Counted from the stretch's first letter, positions 51,792 through 60,149 are shown. The stretch: 64,000 nucleotides of DNA from Planctomycetota bacterium (GCA_003696625.1 RFGR01000153.1:519-64518); one strand, 5' to 3'. A program made the numbers and translations. Notes: a model not told the origin generated them from the letters alone.

Positions 51792-52952
51792 CTAGCTGAA
51801 GCTTGCCTGGCCGGCTCCAGGCAGCGGCTTGGCGGCGCTGACCGGCAGTTCGACCCGGAACAGGGCGCCCTCGCCGGGGCGGCTCCGGACCGAGATCCGG
51901 CCGCCCATCCGGCCGACCAGGTTGCGGACGATGGCCAGCCCCAGGCCGGTGCCGCCGGCGGCGCGGCTTCGCGCCGGATCGCCGCGGAAGAAACGCTCGA
52001 AGATCCGGGGCAGGATCTCGGGCTCGATCCCCGGGCCGGTGTCCTCGATCTCGAACACCACCTCGGCCGCCGCTTCGGTCCGGCCGCGGAGGACAACCCG
52101 GCCGACCTCGGTGTAGGAGACGGCGTTGTCCAGCAGATTGGCCAGGACGGTCTCCAGGCTGGTCCGGTCGGCGACCATCGGCAGCCCGTCCGCGGGCAGC
52201 TCCCGCTCGAGCCGCAGCCCCTTGGCCGCCGCCTTGTCGGCCAGCCGCTCGGCGACGGCGGCGGCCACCGCGGCGCCGTCGAGGGGCTCGGGCGCCGGCC
52301 GCCAGGTCGGATCCTGGGCCCGGGCCAGACCGAGCAGGTCGCGGGTCAGGGAGGCCAGGGCCTGGGCGTTGGCCTGGGCCCGGGCCAGCAGGTCGGCCGC
52401 CTCGTCGCCTTCGGCTCCCTCGAGCAGATCCAGCAGGCCGATCAAGGCGGCGATCGGGGTCTGGAGTTCGTGCGAGGCGTTGGCGACGAAGTCGCGGCGG
52501 CGGGCGTCCACCGCCGCCGCGCCGCGCAGGTCGCGCAGGAGCAGGAAGCGCCAGCGGTCGCCGGCCGGGCCGCCGGTCAGCTCGAGCACGCGCGCGCCGC
52601 CGGCCAGGGGGATCTCGAGCGCCTTGCGGAAGGTCTCCTCGGGGTCGCCGGGGCGGAGGGCGGCGGCCACCGGCGGCGGCAGCCAGGCGGCCAGGGCCGG
52701 CGGCGCGGCCGGCGACGGCGGCGACGCCTCGAGCAGAGCGACGGCGGCCGGGTTGGCGTAGCGGACCCGGCCGCGGCCGTCGAGGAGCACGACGCCGGCG
52801 GCGAGATGGTCGGCCGCGGCGAGGTGGGCGCGGCGCTGGCGGGCCTCGCGCGCGGCCGCGGCCGCCGCCGCCCGGCGGCGACGGGTCTGGACCAGGCCGA
52901 ACAGGGCCGCCGCGGCCAGGGCGGCGGCGAGGAGTCCGGTCTCAGTCGTCAT
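51792..52952 (-). CDS. phoR: Sensor histidine kinase, PhoR-like
   Basis: 386 aa. One N-terminal TM helix, a PAS-like segment, H-box FVANASHELQTPI, and N/G boxes (LLDNAVSY, DTGPGI, GGTGLGLAIV). Overlaps the regulator gene by 11 nt. Confidence 0.8.
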   Translation of the reverse strand: MTTETGLLAAALAAAALFGLVQTRRRRAAAAAAAREARQRRAHLAAADHLAAGVVLLDGRGRVRYANPAAVALLEASPPSPAAPPALAAWLPPPVAAALRPGDPEETFRKALEIPLAGGARVLELTGGPAGDRWRFLLLRDLRGAAAVDARRRDFVANASHELQTPIAALIGLLDLLEGAEGDEAADLLARAQANAQALASLTRDLLGLARAQDPTWRPAPEPLDGAAVAAAVAERLADKAAAKGLRLERELPADGLPMVADRTSLETVLANLLDNAVSYTEVGRVVLRGRTEAAAEVVFEIEDTGPGIEPEILPRIFERFFRGDPARSRAAGGTGLGLAIVRNLVGRMGGRISVRSRPGEGALFRVELPVSAAKPLPGAGQASFS

Positions 52953-53637
52953 CCCGGAAGCGGTAGCCGACCCCGCGGACGGTCTGGATCAGGCCGGCGT
53001 GTTCGCCGAGCTTCTTGCGCAGGGACTTGACGTGGGTGTCGATGTTGCGCTCGTCCACGGTGACGCCGACGCCGACCGCGTAGTCGAGCAGCTCGGCCCG
53101 GCGGAAGACCCGGCCGGGGCTGCCGGCCAGCGTCTGGAGCAGGCGAAACTCGGTCGGCGTCAGCTCGAGCCGCTTCTCGCCGGCCCGGACCTCGAACCGG
53201 ATCGGATCGATCACCAGCCCGCCGCGGGCCAGGATCCGGTCGCCGAGCGGCTGCTCGGCGGCGCGGGCCCGGCGCAGCAGCGCCTTGACCCGGGCGGCCA
53301 GCTCGCGCGGTCGGGCCGGCTTGCAGACGTAGTCGTCGGCGCCGACGCCCAGGCCGAGGACGACGTCGGACTCCTCGGCCCGGGCGGTCAGCATCAGGAC
53401 GACGACGCCGCTGGTCGCCGGATCGGCGCGCAGCCGGCGGCAGACCTCGATGCCGTCCAACCCGGGCAGCATCACGTCGAGCACGATCAGGTCCGGCCCC
53501 TGCCGGCGGGCCAGCCGCAGCGCCTCCTCGCCGTCGCCGGTCTCGATCGTCTCGTAGCCCTCCCGCTGGAGGGTCAGGCGCAGGACCTCCAGCAGGTCGG
53601 GGTCGTCCTCGACCAGGAGGAGCTTGGCGGCGGCCAT
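52942..53637 (-). CDS. phoB: OmpR/PhoB-family response regulator
   Basis: 231 aa. Receiver domain (LLVEDD, LIVLDVMLPGLDG, KP) plus a winged-helix domain (LTPTEFRLL, VRGVGYRF). Context is with phoR and pst. Confidence 0.85.
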   Translation of the reverse strand: MAAAKLLLVEDDPDLLEVLRLTLQREGYETIETGDGEEALRLARRQGPDLIVLDVMLPGLDGIEVCRRLRADPATSGVVVLMLTARAEESDVVLGLGVGADDYVCKPARPRELAARVKALLRRARAAEQPLGDRILARGGLVIDPIRFEVRAGEKRLELTPTEFRLLQTLAGSPGRVFRRAELLDYAVGVGVTVDERNIDTHVKSLRKKLGEHAGLIQTVRGVGYRFRDDD

Positions 53638-53665
53638 GCGGGAAGATTATGCCGCGGCCTCCGAT

Positions 53666-53687
53666 CCGGGGTGAGGAAACGGTGAAG
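53666..53687 (-). promoter_or_regulatory. Candidate PHO box upstream of phoB-like regulator
   Basis: Minus-strand sequence CTTCACCGTTT CCTCACCCCGG, then 14 nt, CATAAT (53646-53651), 8 nt, and ATG 53637. Confidence 0.45.
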
Positions 53688-53714
53688 AAACGATGGTGGC
53701 GCGGCGGCGGCGCG

Positions 53715-55460
53715 CTAGCCTTCCTCGCCGCCCAGGTAGCCGAGGGCGCGCAGGTTTTCCTTGGTGCTGTCGTCCATCGACCCGCTCCAGGCCTCGCCGA
53801 TTCCTTCCAGATCGTCCGGATGGGTGTACCAGCCCTGGGCGATCATGTACTTGAACAGCGCCTCGACGATGTCGGGGTGTTCCTCGGCCAGGTTGTGCTG
53901 CTCCTTCGGGTCGGCCTCGAGGTCGTAGAGGCCGTATTTGACCCCGTCCTTGTTCACGGAGCTGATCTCGTCGCGGATCATCTTCCAGAGCCGGCCCTGG
54001 TAGCGCATGACGATCCCGCGCCGTTGCCACGGCGGCAGCAGGTCGCCGCCGGTCTCCATCGGCGCCGGCAGATCCTCGCCTTCGCCGGTGGTCATGAGCG
54101 GGCGCAGGGAGACGCCCATGTCGACGGCGGGGCGCTCGAGGCCGGCGAAGTCGGCCACCGTCGGCACGATGTCCATCAGCCGGACCTGGGAGGCGACCCG
54201 GCGGCCCTCGACGCCGGGCGCCCAGATCACCAGCGGCACGTGGGTGAGTTCGTCGAACAGGATGTGACCGTGGCCGATGGCACCGTGGTCCATGAACTCG
54301 TCGCCGTGGTCGCCGACCAGGACGATGATCGTGTTCGGGAACTTGTCCCGCACGTGGCGGATGAACGGGCCGATCGCCGAGTCGGTGTAGAGCAGCTCCT
54401 CGTCGTAGGCGTCGCGCAGGTGCTGCATCTGCTCCGGCGTGATGTCGATGTTGCCGGCGTGGAAGTCGTGGACCGTGTCCGGGCCGATGTTGAAGTCGAT
54501 GCCGCTCTTGTCCCAGGTGCCGGCGAAGCCCGCCGGCGGTTCGTAGGGGTAGTGCGGGTCGGTGACGTGCAGGTAGCAGAAGAACGGCCGGTCCTCGTCG
54601 TAGGAGTCGAGCCAGTCCTGCATCTCCTCGGCCATGTCCCCGGCGTCCACGCTCCAGTGGTAGAGCCGGTAGTCGCGGCAACCCTGGCCGAAGCCGAACA
54701 AAGGCTGGATGTTGAAGTTGTTCGAGATGGCCAAGGTCTCGTAGCCGGCCGCGGCCAAGGTCTCGGTGAGGGTGGTGTGGCGCAGCGGCAGCGGCACCCA
54801 CTTCCGACCCGAGTCCACCGGCATGTAGGAGAGCGAGCCGTGCTTAGAGGGCACCAAGCTGGTGAAGCAGGTCGCCACCGACGGGCGGGTCCACGGCGCC
54901 TGCGCCACCGCCCGCTCGAAGATCACGCCCTCCTCGGCCACCTTGGCCGTCTCCGGCCAGGTCTCGCGCTCGTAGCCGAGGAAGCTGGTGTGGTCGGCCC
55001 GCCAGGTGTCGACCAGGATGAAGAGCACGTTCGGGGCGCCGTCCCGGGCCGCCGGGCGGGTCAGGGCGGCGATTCCGTCCGGCGCCCAGACCAGGACCAC
55101 CATCAGGGCCAGGCCGGGCCAGCGGCCGAAGAAGCGCGACCCCCAGCGGATCAGGCCGACGACCGGGTTGCGGCGCCGGCGCAGCGCCTCGCCGAGCAGG
55201 GCCAGAACCAGGGTCAGGGCGGCCCCGGCCAGCGCCTCCTTGAGGAACTGGAGCTGCGGGGCGGAGCGGGCGAGGTAGTCCCAGCGCAGCCAGCCGAGCG
55301 AATCCTGGTCCCAGTTCTGGGCCGAGATCTGCTTCCAGGCGTCGATGCTGCCGAAGAACAGGAAGGTGAACAGCAGGCCGCTGACGGCGGCGACCAAGCA
55401 GCGTAGGAGCCGGAACGGCTCCTCCGCTCGGGCCGGGGCGGAATCGGTGGCTTCACTCAT
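53715..55460 (-). CDS. Membrane-anchored alkaline-phosphatase-superfamily (sulfatase-like) hydrolase/transferase
   Basis: 581 aa. Three N-terminal TM helices, metal site NVLFILVDTWRADH, and a nucleophile region APWTRPSVATCFTS with Thr where Cys/Ser-x-P-x-R sulfatases carry the FGly precursor. Confidence 0.75.
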   Translation of the reverse strand: MSEATDSAPARAEEPFRLLRCLVAAVSGLLFTFLFFGSIDAWKQISAQNWDQDSLGWLRWDYLARSAPQLQFLKEALAGAALTLVLALLGEALRRRRNPVVGLIRWGSRFFGRWPGLALMVVLVWAPDGIAALTRPAARDGAPNVLFILVDTWRADHTSFLGYERETWPETAKVAEEGVIFERAVAQAPWTRPSVATCFTSLVPSKHGSLSYMPVDSGRKWVPLPLRHTTLTETLAAAGYETLAISNNFNIQPLFGFGQGCRDYRLYHWSVDAGDMAEEMQDWLDSYDEDRPFFCYLHVTDPHYPYEPPAGFAGTWDKSGIDFNIGPDTVHDFHAGNIDITPEQMQHLRDAYDEELLYTDSAIGPFIRHVRDKFPNTIIVLVGDHGDEFMDHGAIGHGHILFDELTHVPLVIWAPGVEGRRVASQVRLMDIVPTVADFAGLERPAVDMGVSLRPLMTTGEGEDLPAPMETGGDLLPPWQRRGIVMRYQGRLWKMIRDEISSVNKDGVKYGLYDLEADPKEQHNLAEEHPDIVEALFKYMIAQGWYTHPDDLEGIGEAWSGSMDDSTKENLRALGYLGGEEG

Positions 55461-55547
55461 GGTGGCAGGCGGCCAGCGAGGGATTGGGCAACGCCTCGAT
55501 GCGATGGCGAAGGAACCGAGCCGCCCTCTTCCTATCGGAAGGAGTCC

Positions 55548-55553
55548 TATAAT
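55548..55553 (+). promoter_or_regulatory. Consensus -10 box TATAAT, 6 nt upstream of Trm112 GTG (leaderless geometry)
   Basis: TCC-TATAAT-ACTTGG-GTG. The only GGAG nearby is 15 nt upstream, too far for a normal Shine-Dalgarno. Confidence 0.4.
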
Positions 55554-55559
55554 ACTTGG

Positions 55560-55778
55560 GTGGCCGAGCTCGACCCGGATTTCCTCGCCATCCTGCGCTG
55601 TCCGTTGAGCCGCGCACCCCTGGTCCAGGACGGCGACTGGCTGGTCTCGACCGACCCGGAGACCCGCCGCCGCTACCGGATCGACGACGGTATCCCGGTC
55701 CTTCTGGTCGAGGAGGGCGAGGAGATGCCGGAGGAGGAATGGCGCCGGGTCGTCGGCTCCGAACAGTCTCCGGCATGA
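55560..55778 (+). CDS. Trm112/UPF0434 family small protein
   Basis: 72 aa with a GTG start. LAILRCPLSRAPL ... DDGIPVLL pattern. Confidence 0.75.
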   Translation: MAELDPDFLAILRCPLSRAPLVQDGDWLVSTDPETRRRYRIDDGIPVLLVEEGEEMPEEEWRRVVGSEQSPA

Positions 55779-56113
55779 CCGTCTTCGCCAGGATCCTGGC
55801 CGGCGAGATCCCGGCCGACTTCCTCTACCAGGACGAGCTGGCGGTCGCCTTCCGCGACGTCTCGCCGCAGGCTCCCTTCCACGCCCTGGTGATCCCGCGC
55901 AAGCCGCTCAAGAGCGTCGCCGACGCCGGCCAGGAGGACACCGCCCTGCTCGGCCACCTGCTGCGGGTGGCGGCCCGGGTCGCCGCCGACGCCGGCCTCG
56001 AGGAGGGCGGCTATCGGGTGGTCACCAACGTCGGCGCCGACGGCGGCCAGACCGTGGAGCACCTGCACCTGCACGTGCTCGGCGGCCGGCCGATGGGCTG
56101 GCCGCCGGGCTGA
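55775..56113 (+). CDS. HIT-family (HinT-like) nucleotide hydrolase
   Basis: 112 aa from an internal ATG of track ORF 55556..56113. Histidine triad HLHLHVLGG. The ATGA overlaps the Trm112 stop. Confidence 0.9.
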   Translation: MTVFARILAGEIPADFLYQDELAVAFRDVSPQAPFHALVIPRKPLKSVADAGQEDTALLGHLLRVAARVAADAGLEEGGYRVVTNVGADGGQTVEHLHLHVLGGRPMGWPPG

Positions 56114-56152
56114 GGGCCGCCGGCGCCGCGGCGCGGATCCGGGCGGGGAGGA

Positions 56153-56764
56153 TCAGCCGAACAGGCTCTTGGTCCGGCGCTTGCCGATCGGGGCCTCGTC
56201 TTCCCAGACGGCCAGGCCGGTGCGCAGGTCGGTGAGGGTGAGCTTGAAGATGACCACCGACTCCTTGGTTCGGCCCTCCTCGGCGCTCATCTTGATCACC
56301 GAGCCGCTCAGGCTGAGGTCCGGCAGGCGGACGGTGCGGGCCTGGTTGTAGGAGTTCTCCTCGAACATCGGGTCGTTCTGCCCGCGGACCTCCTTGGTGC
56401 CGGTGTCCTCCGGGCCGCCCTCGCCGAACTTGACCGCGGTCGTGGTTAGGACCTTGCCGGTCTTGTTCAGGGCGATGCGGACCTTGTCGGTCATCACCTT
56501 GGTCTTCAGGTTGGCGGAGGTGTAGTTCTCGATGTCCTCGAGCGCGAGGATGACCTTGCCGTCCTCGTGCTTGGCCAGGTCCGGAGCGTCGAGCACGCCC
56601 GATTCGAGCATCGACTGGATCAGGATCTGCGAGGCCTCGCTGAAGTCGTCGTAGGTGATCGCGTCGACCGACCGCAGGCCGCCGCTGTCCGGGTCGTAGA
56701 CCTCCGTATTCGAGCTGCAGGCGGCGAGCAGCAGCGGCAGGGTGAGCAGGACTTGGTACTTCAT
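56153..56764 (-). CDS. lpoB: LpoB-family (COG3417) lipoprotein
   Basis: 203 aa with lipobox LLLAAC. By eye it is colinear with the globular domain of E. coli LpoB. AGGAGG lies 7 nt upstream. Confidence 0.7.
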   Translation of the reverse strand: MKYQVLLTLPLLLAACSSNTEVYDPDSGGLRSVDAITYDDFSEASQILIQSMLESGVLDAPDLAKHEDGKVILALEDIENYTSANLKTKVMTDKVRIALNKTGKVLTTTAVKFGEGGPEDTGTKEVRGQNDPMFEENSYNQARTVRLPDLSLSGSVIKMSAEEGRTKESVVIFKLTLTDLRTGLAVWEDEAPIGKRRTKSLFG

Positions 56765-56775
56765 GGCGGTTCCTC

Positions 56776-57192
56776 CTAGTTCTCGCTCCGGAGCTGAAGC
56801 TTGAAGCGGTAGGCCTCAGGTGAGGCGGCGGCGCTCTGCAGGGTGGTGCTGGCCCCGGGCATCAGGTGGATGGTGCGCGAAGCGTTGGCCGGCGAGATCA
56901 GTTCCCGGCCGTCGCTGTCGGTCCAGGTGAAGTCGGCCCGGAAGCGGAACTCGGCGGCGCCGGTGTTCCGGACCTCGACCGTGGCGATCGGCAGATCGCC
57001 CTGGTTGCCGGAATCGACCTGAACGATGGCCAGATTGGCGCGGACGCTGTGGTCCTGAAGTTCGATCACGTAGGGCACGCCGCCGGGGGTGAACTGGATC
57101 ATGTCCTCCTCGCCGGCGGCGGCGCAGGAGAACAAGAGCGGCGCGGCGAAGACGGCCGCGGCGGCAAGAGTACGGGTGAACAGGGTTCTCAT
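56776..57192 (-). CDS. YcfL-family (DUF1425) lipoprotein
   Basis: 138 aa from an internal ATG of track ORF 56776..59175, with lipobox LLFSC. Ig-like pattern VEVRNTG..FRFRADFTWTDSDGRE. Its start overlaps the upstream stop (ATGA). Confidence 0.65.
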   Translation of the reverse strand: MRTLFTRTLAAAAVFAAPLLFSCAAAGEEDMIQFTPGGVPYVIELQDHSVRANLAIVQVDSGNQGDLPIATVEVRNTGAAEFRFRADFTWTDSDGRELISPANASRTIHLMPGASTTLQSAAASPEAYRFKLQLRSEN

Positions 57193-58688
57193 GATTGGAT
57201 TCCTCCGGATCCGTGGATGAAGCCGACCTGATGAACGGTCAGGGAGCGGCCGTTGACGCTGCGGGCGTAGATCAAGGCGACGTCCTTGCCGGCAAGGTCG
57301 ATGGTGACGGGCTGGGCGGCGGCGCCGTCGATGCGGAGCGTCAGCCGGCCGTCGGCCGGCAGCGGCCGGGTCAGGAAGCCGAAGGCGGCCGGCAGGGTCC
57401 GCCAGCTCCGGTCGTCGGCCCGGTTCATCGCCGACTGGTACAGGAGCCCGCCGAGGACCGCGATCGCGCCCAGGACGTCGTCCTGGCGCTGGGCGGCCTG
57501 GCGGACCTCGTGGCTGGCCGTCTCCTGGACCAGCACCCGCAGCAGCTCGCGCATCAGGATGACCGGATAGCGCCGTTCGAACTCGTAGCGCATGATCGGC
57601 TCCATCTCGGCGACCACCACGGTGCGGTCCTCGCGGCCCGAGGCGTCGGCCACCACCAGCGGCCCGGCCGCCGGGCGGCCGGGGCGGAGCACCGGCAGCG
57701 CGAAGTAGGCGCGTTGGAGCAGGTCGAGGGCGTCGCTGCGGACCCCGAACACCGCCCGCCACCAGCCGTAGGGCACCTCGTACTCGACCGACTCGATCAC
57801 CGGCGCCAGGCCGCCCTCGTAGAGCACGTAGACCCGACCGGTGGGCGGCTCGCCGGCCTGCACCCGCTCGAGTTCCTCCACCACCTCGGTCAGGTCCGGC
57901 CGCATCGAGGCCAGGTTGCGCAGATCGACCAGCGGACTCTCGTTCGGGTCGTCCTTGATCCGGCGCAGGACCGCCTTGACGAGCAGCGCGTACGGGTTGA
58001 GGAAGTCGCGGTAGCTCGGCGGGTAGGCGTCGGCGCCGCGCAGCCAGGGCAGGTCCTCCCGGACCCGCGGGCTGGCCAGGAAGGCTTCCTGGTCGAAGGC
58101 GAGGCCGCGGGCGGCGCCGGCCCGGTTCGTCTGCTCGGCCTCGGCGGCGAAGTCGCGGATGGCGGCGTCCTGGGTCTCCTCGATCCGGCGCGCTTCGATC
58201 AGGGCTTGATCGAGGTCGCCCTGCAGCACCGCCGCCAGGGCCTTGTAGGTGTTGAGCAGGATCCGGTCGGCGACGGTGCCCTCGTAGGGCAGGGCCTTCT
58301 GGTTGGTGAGCAGCGCCTCGGCCTCCGCGGCCGCCTCGGCGGTGTCCACCACCGCCCGCTCGGCGAAGACCTGGTTGATCACGGTCTCGGCCGACTCGAG
58401 CGCGCGGTAGGCCGCCCGGTAGCGGCCGGCGTCGAGCAGGATCTTGCCCCGCTCGAGGTTCCAGACGACGGCGTCGTCGGAAAACTCGAGGGTGCCGGCG
58501 CTCGGATCGGCTTGGATCCGCCAGTGGTCCTCGTAGCCCTCCTGGATCAGGCGGGCCGCCCGCTCGAACTCGCCGCGGCTGTAGCGGTGATAGACGGTTC
58601 CGATCTCGTCCTCGTAGGAGATCGTGGCCGCGCAGCCGCCGCCCGCGAGCAGGAGCGGCAGCAGCAGGACCGGGACCGGCGCACGCAT
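57189..58688 (-). CDS. Large helical lipoprotein (COG3014-like), first gene of lipoprotein trio
   Basis: 499 aa with lipobox LLAGGGC. TPR-like helical N-terminal half (ALPYEGTVADRILLNTYKALAAVLQGDLDQALIEARR). The family assignment is from memory only. Confidence 0.5.
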   Translation of the reverse strand: MRAPVPVLLLPLLLAGGGCAATISYEDEIGTVYHRYSRGEFERAARLIQEGYEDHWRIQADPSAGTLEFSDDAVVWNLERGKILLDAGRYRAAYRALESAETVINQVFAERAVVDTAEAAAEAEALLTNQKALPYEGTVADRILLNTYKALAAVLQGDLDQALIEARRIEETQDAAIRDFAAEAEQTNRAGAARGLAFDQEAFLASPRVREDLPWLRGADAYPPSYRDFLNPYALLVKAVLRRIKDDPNESPLVDLRNLASMRPDLTEVVEELERVQAGEPPTGRVYVLYEGGLAPVIESVEYEVPYGWWRAVFGVRSDALDLLQRAYFALPVLRPGRPAAGPLVVADASGREDRTVVVAEMEPIMRYEFERRYPVILMRELLRVLVQETASHEVRQAAQRQDDVLGAIAVLGGLLYQSAMNRADDRSWRTLPAAFGFLTRPLPADGRLTLRIDGAAAQPVTIDLAGKDVALIYARSVNGRSLTVHQVGFIHGSGGIQS

Positions 58689-58694
58689 GGCGGC

Positions 58695-58700
58695 ATCCTA
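58695..58700 (-). promoter_or_regulatory. Candidate -10 box TAGGAT, 6 nt upstream of the 499-aa lipoprotein ATG (leaderless geometry)
   Basis: Minus strand ACC-TAGGAT-GCCGCC-ATG. Confidence 0.35.
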
Positions 58701-58773
58701 GGTCTACCGCTGAAGGATCGGGGCGTGCATTGTTCCAGAATGCCGTGGCATGTTCCGGCTTGTAACGACACGA

Positions 58774-58791
58774 AAAAACCCGGCGGTTTTT
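58774..58791. terminator. A-tract / T-tract hairpin (possible weak bidirectional terminator)
   Basis: AAAAACC-cggc-GGTTTTT in the FIST-lipoprotein intergenic region. Confidence 0.3.
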
Positions 58792-58935
58792 CTTCACCTG
58801 CCGCTCCGACCGGCCGCAGATGCCCCTGGATGGGCTCGACGACTGGGGGGTTAGTTGGGCCGGTCCGAAACATAGGGCATTCGCGAGCTGCGCCAATGGG
58901 CAGCATTTCCTCCGGCGGAGCGATTCCGCGGATGG

Positions 58936-58964
58936 GGCGGCGCCTCCGGGCGCCGCCTCTTTTT
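58936..58964 (+). terminator. Rho-independent terminator oriented on the plus strand
   Basis: GGCGGCGCC-tccg-GGCGCCGCC followed by TCTTTTT on the plus strand. On the minus strand the same hairpin is preceded by an A-run and has no U-tail. Confidence 0.5.
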
Positions 58965-60142
58965 CATTCCACCCGCTCGCGCAGCAGCCCCAGACTAGCC
59001 GAGAAGCCGTGGATGTAGGGCAGCCCGCAGACGCTGCCGATCTCGCCGGCGGCGAACATCCCGGCGATCGGCAGGTCCGGGAAGTAGGTGCCGGCCAGCT
59101 CGGCGTCGTGGTCGGGCCGGCCGAACATACTCTCGCCGCGGCCGGTGCAGGTGAAGAGCAGCCCGCCGGCGGCATCCGGGTAGAGGCCGCTGGCCAGGCC
59201 GAGCAGGTTGCCGAGGTCCTCGTGGGCGCTGGCGCCGTCGCGGGCGTGGAAGCGGACCCGCATCTCCTCCGGCGCGGCGTCGGAGATGGCGATGGCTCCG
59301 CTCTCGCGGTCGATCCCGACCACGCCGCGGATCAGGTAGCCCTCGGAGCCGAGGTCGCCGCTGCTTCGGACGGCGGCCAGGCCGACCTGCGGGGCGCTGC
59401 GGAAGGCGGCCGAGGATTCCTCGTCGAGATCCTCGAAGATCCGGCTCAAGGCCTGAAAGGCCGGCTCCCCGTCCAGCTCGTAGATCACGTTGCGCTCGCT
59501 GCGGGTGATTCGGAACTCGGGCCCGATCGGTCGGCAGCCCTGGGAGACGAGCGGCTCCAGCACCGCCGGGCCGTCCACGACCACGCCGACCGCGCCGCCG
59601 GTAACCACCTCCTCTTCGTAGAGGAGCCGGTTCGCGCCGGGCCGGCGGCCGCTGCTCGCGACCCCGCCGACGATACGCGGGATCGGCGACAATTCCCGGA
59701 GCGAACTGAGGAACGGGTCGAGCGGAAAGCTGAACGGATCGACCATCAGGGCCGCGCTGGCGCCGTCACCGGCCTCGGGCCAGCCGTGGACCATGCCGCC
59801 CTCGCCGGTGTTCTCGAACTCGAGCCGGAAGGCTTGGACCCGGGCGCCGGGCAGGCGGGCGGCCCACAGCACCAGCCCCGGCCCCTCCTCGATCTCGCGG
59901 CCGGCGCCGATCACCCCGGCCGCCGAGCAGCCGATCAGCGAGTCCGGCGCCAGCGCCGCCCGCACCACCCGCGAGATCTCCTTCGCGCGCGGGCTGTGGT
60001 GGCCGGTGAAGAAGGCCACGAGCAGATCGCCTTGGCCGCCGCCGGCCGCCTCCAGGGCGGCGACGGCCTGGGTGACGGCGCGGACGGTGTCCTCCTCGGT
60101 CGAGACGGACACGGCGGCGGAGAAGCGGCCCGGGACGAGCAT
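58964..60142 (-). CDS. FIST-domain (FIST_N + FIST_C) sensory protein, no output domain
   Basis: 392 aa with family-typical features (LLVAFFTGHH, GCSAAGVIG, FTCTGRG). Confidence 0.8.
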   Translation of the reverse strand: MLVPGRFSAAVSVSTEEDTVRAVTQAVAALEAAGGGQGDLLVAFFTGHHSPRAKEISRVVRAALAPDSLIGCSAAGVIGAGREIEEGPGLVLWAARLPGARVQAFRLEFENTGEGGMVHGWPEAGDGASAALMVDPFSFPLDPFLSSLRELSPIPRIVGGVASSGRRPGANRLLYEEEVVTGGAVGVVVDGPAVLEPLVSQGCRPIGPEFRITRSERNVIYELDGEPAFQALSRIFEDLDEESSAAFRSAPQVGLAAVRSSGDLGSEGYLIRGVVGIDRESGAIAISDAAPEEMRVRFHARDGASAHEDLGNLLGLASGLYPDAAGGLLFTCTGRGESMFGRPDHDAELAGTYFPDLPIAGMFAAGEIGSVCGLPYIHGFSASLGLLRERVE

Positions 60143-60149
60143 CCGAGGG

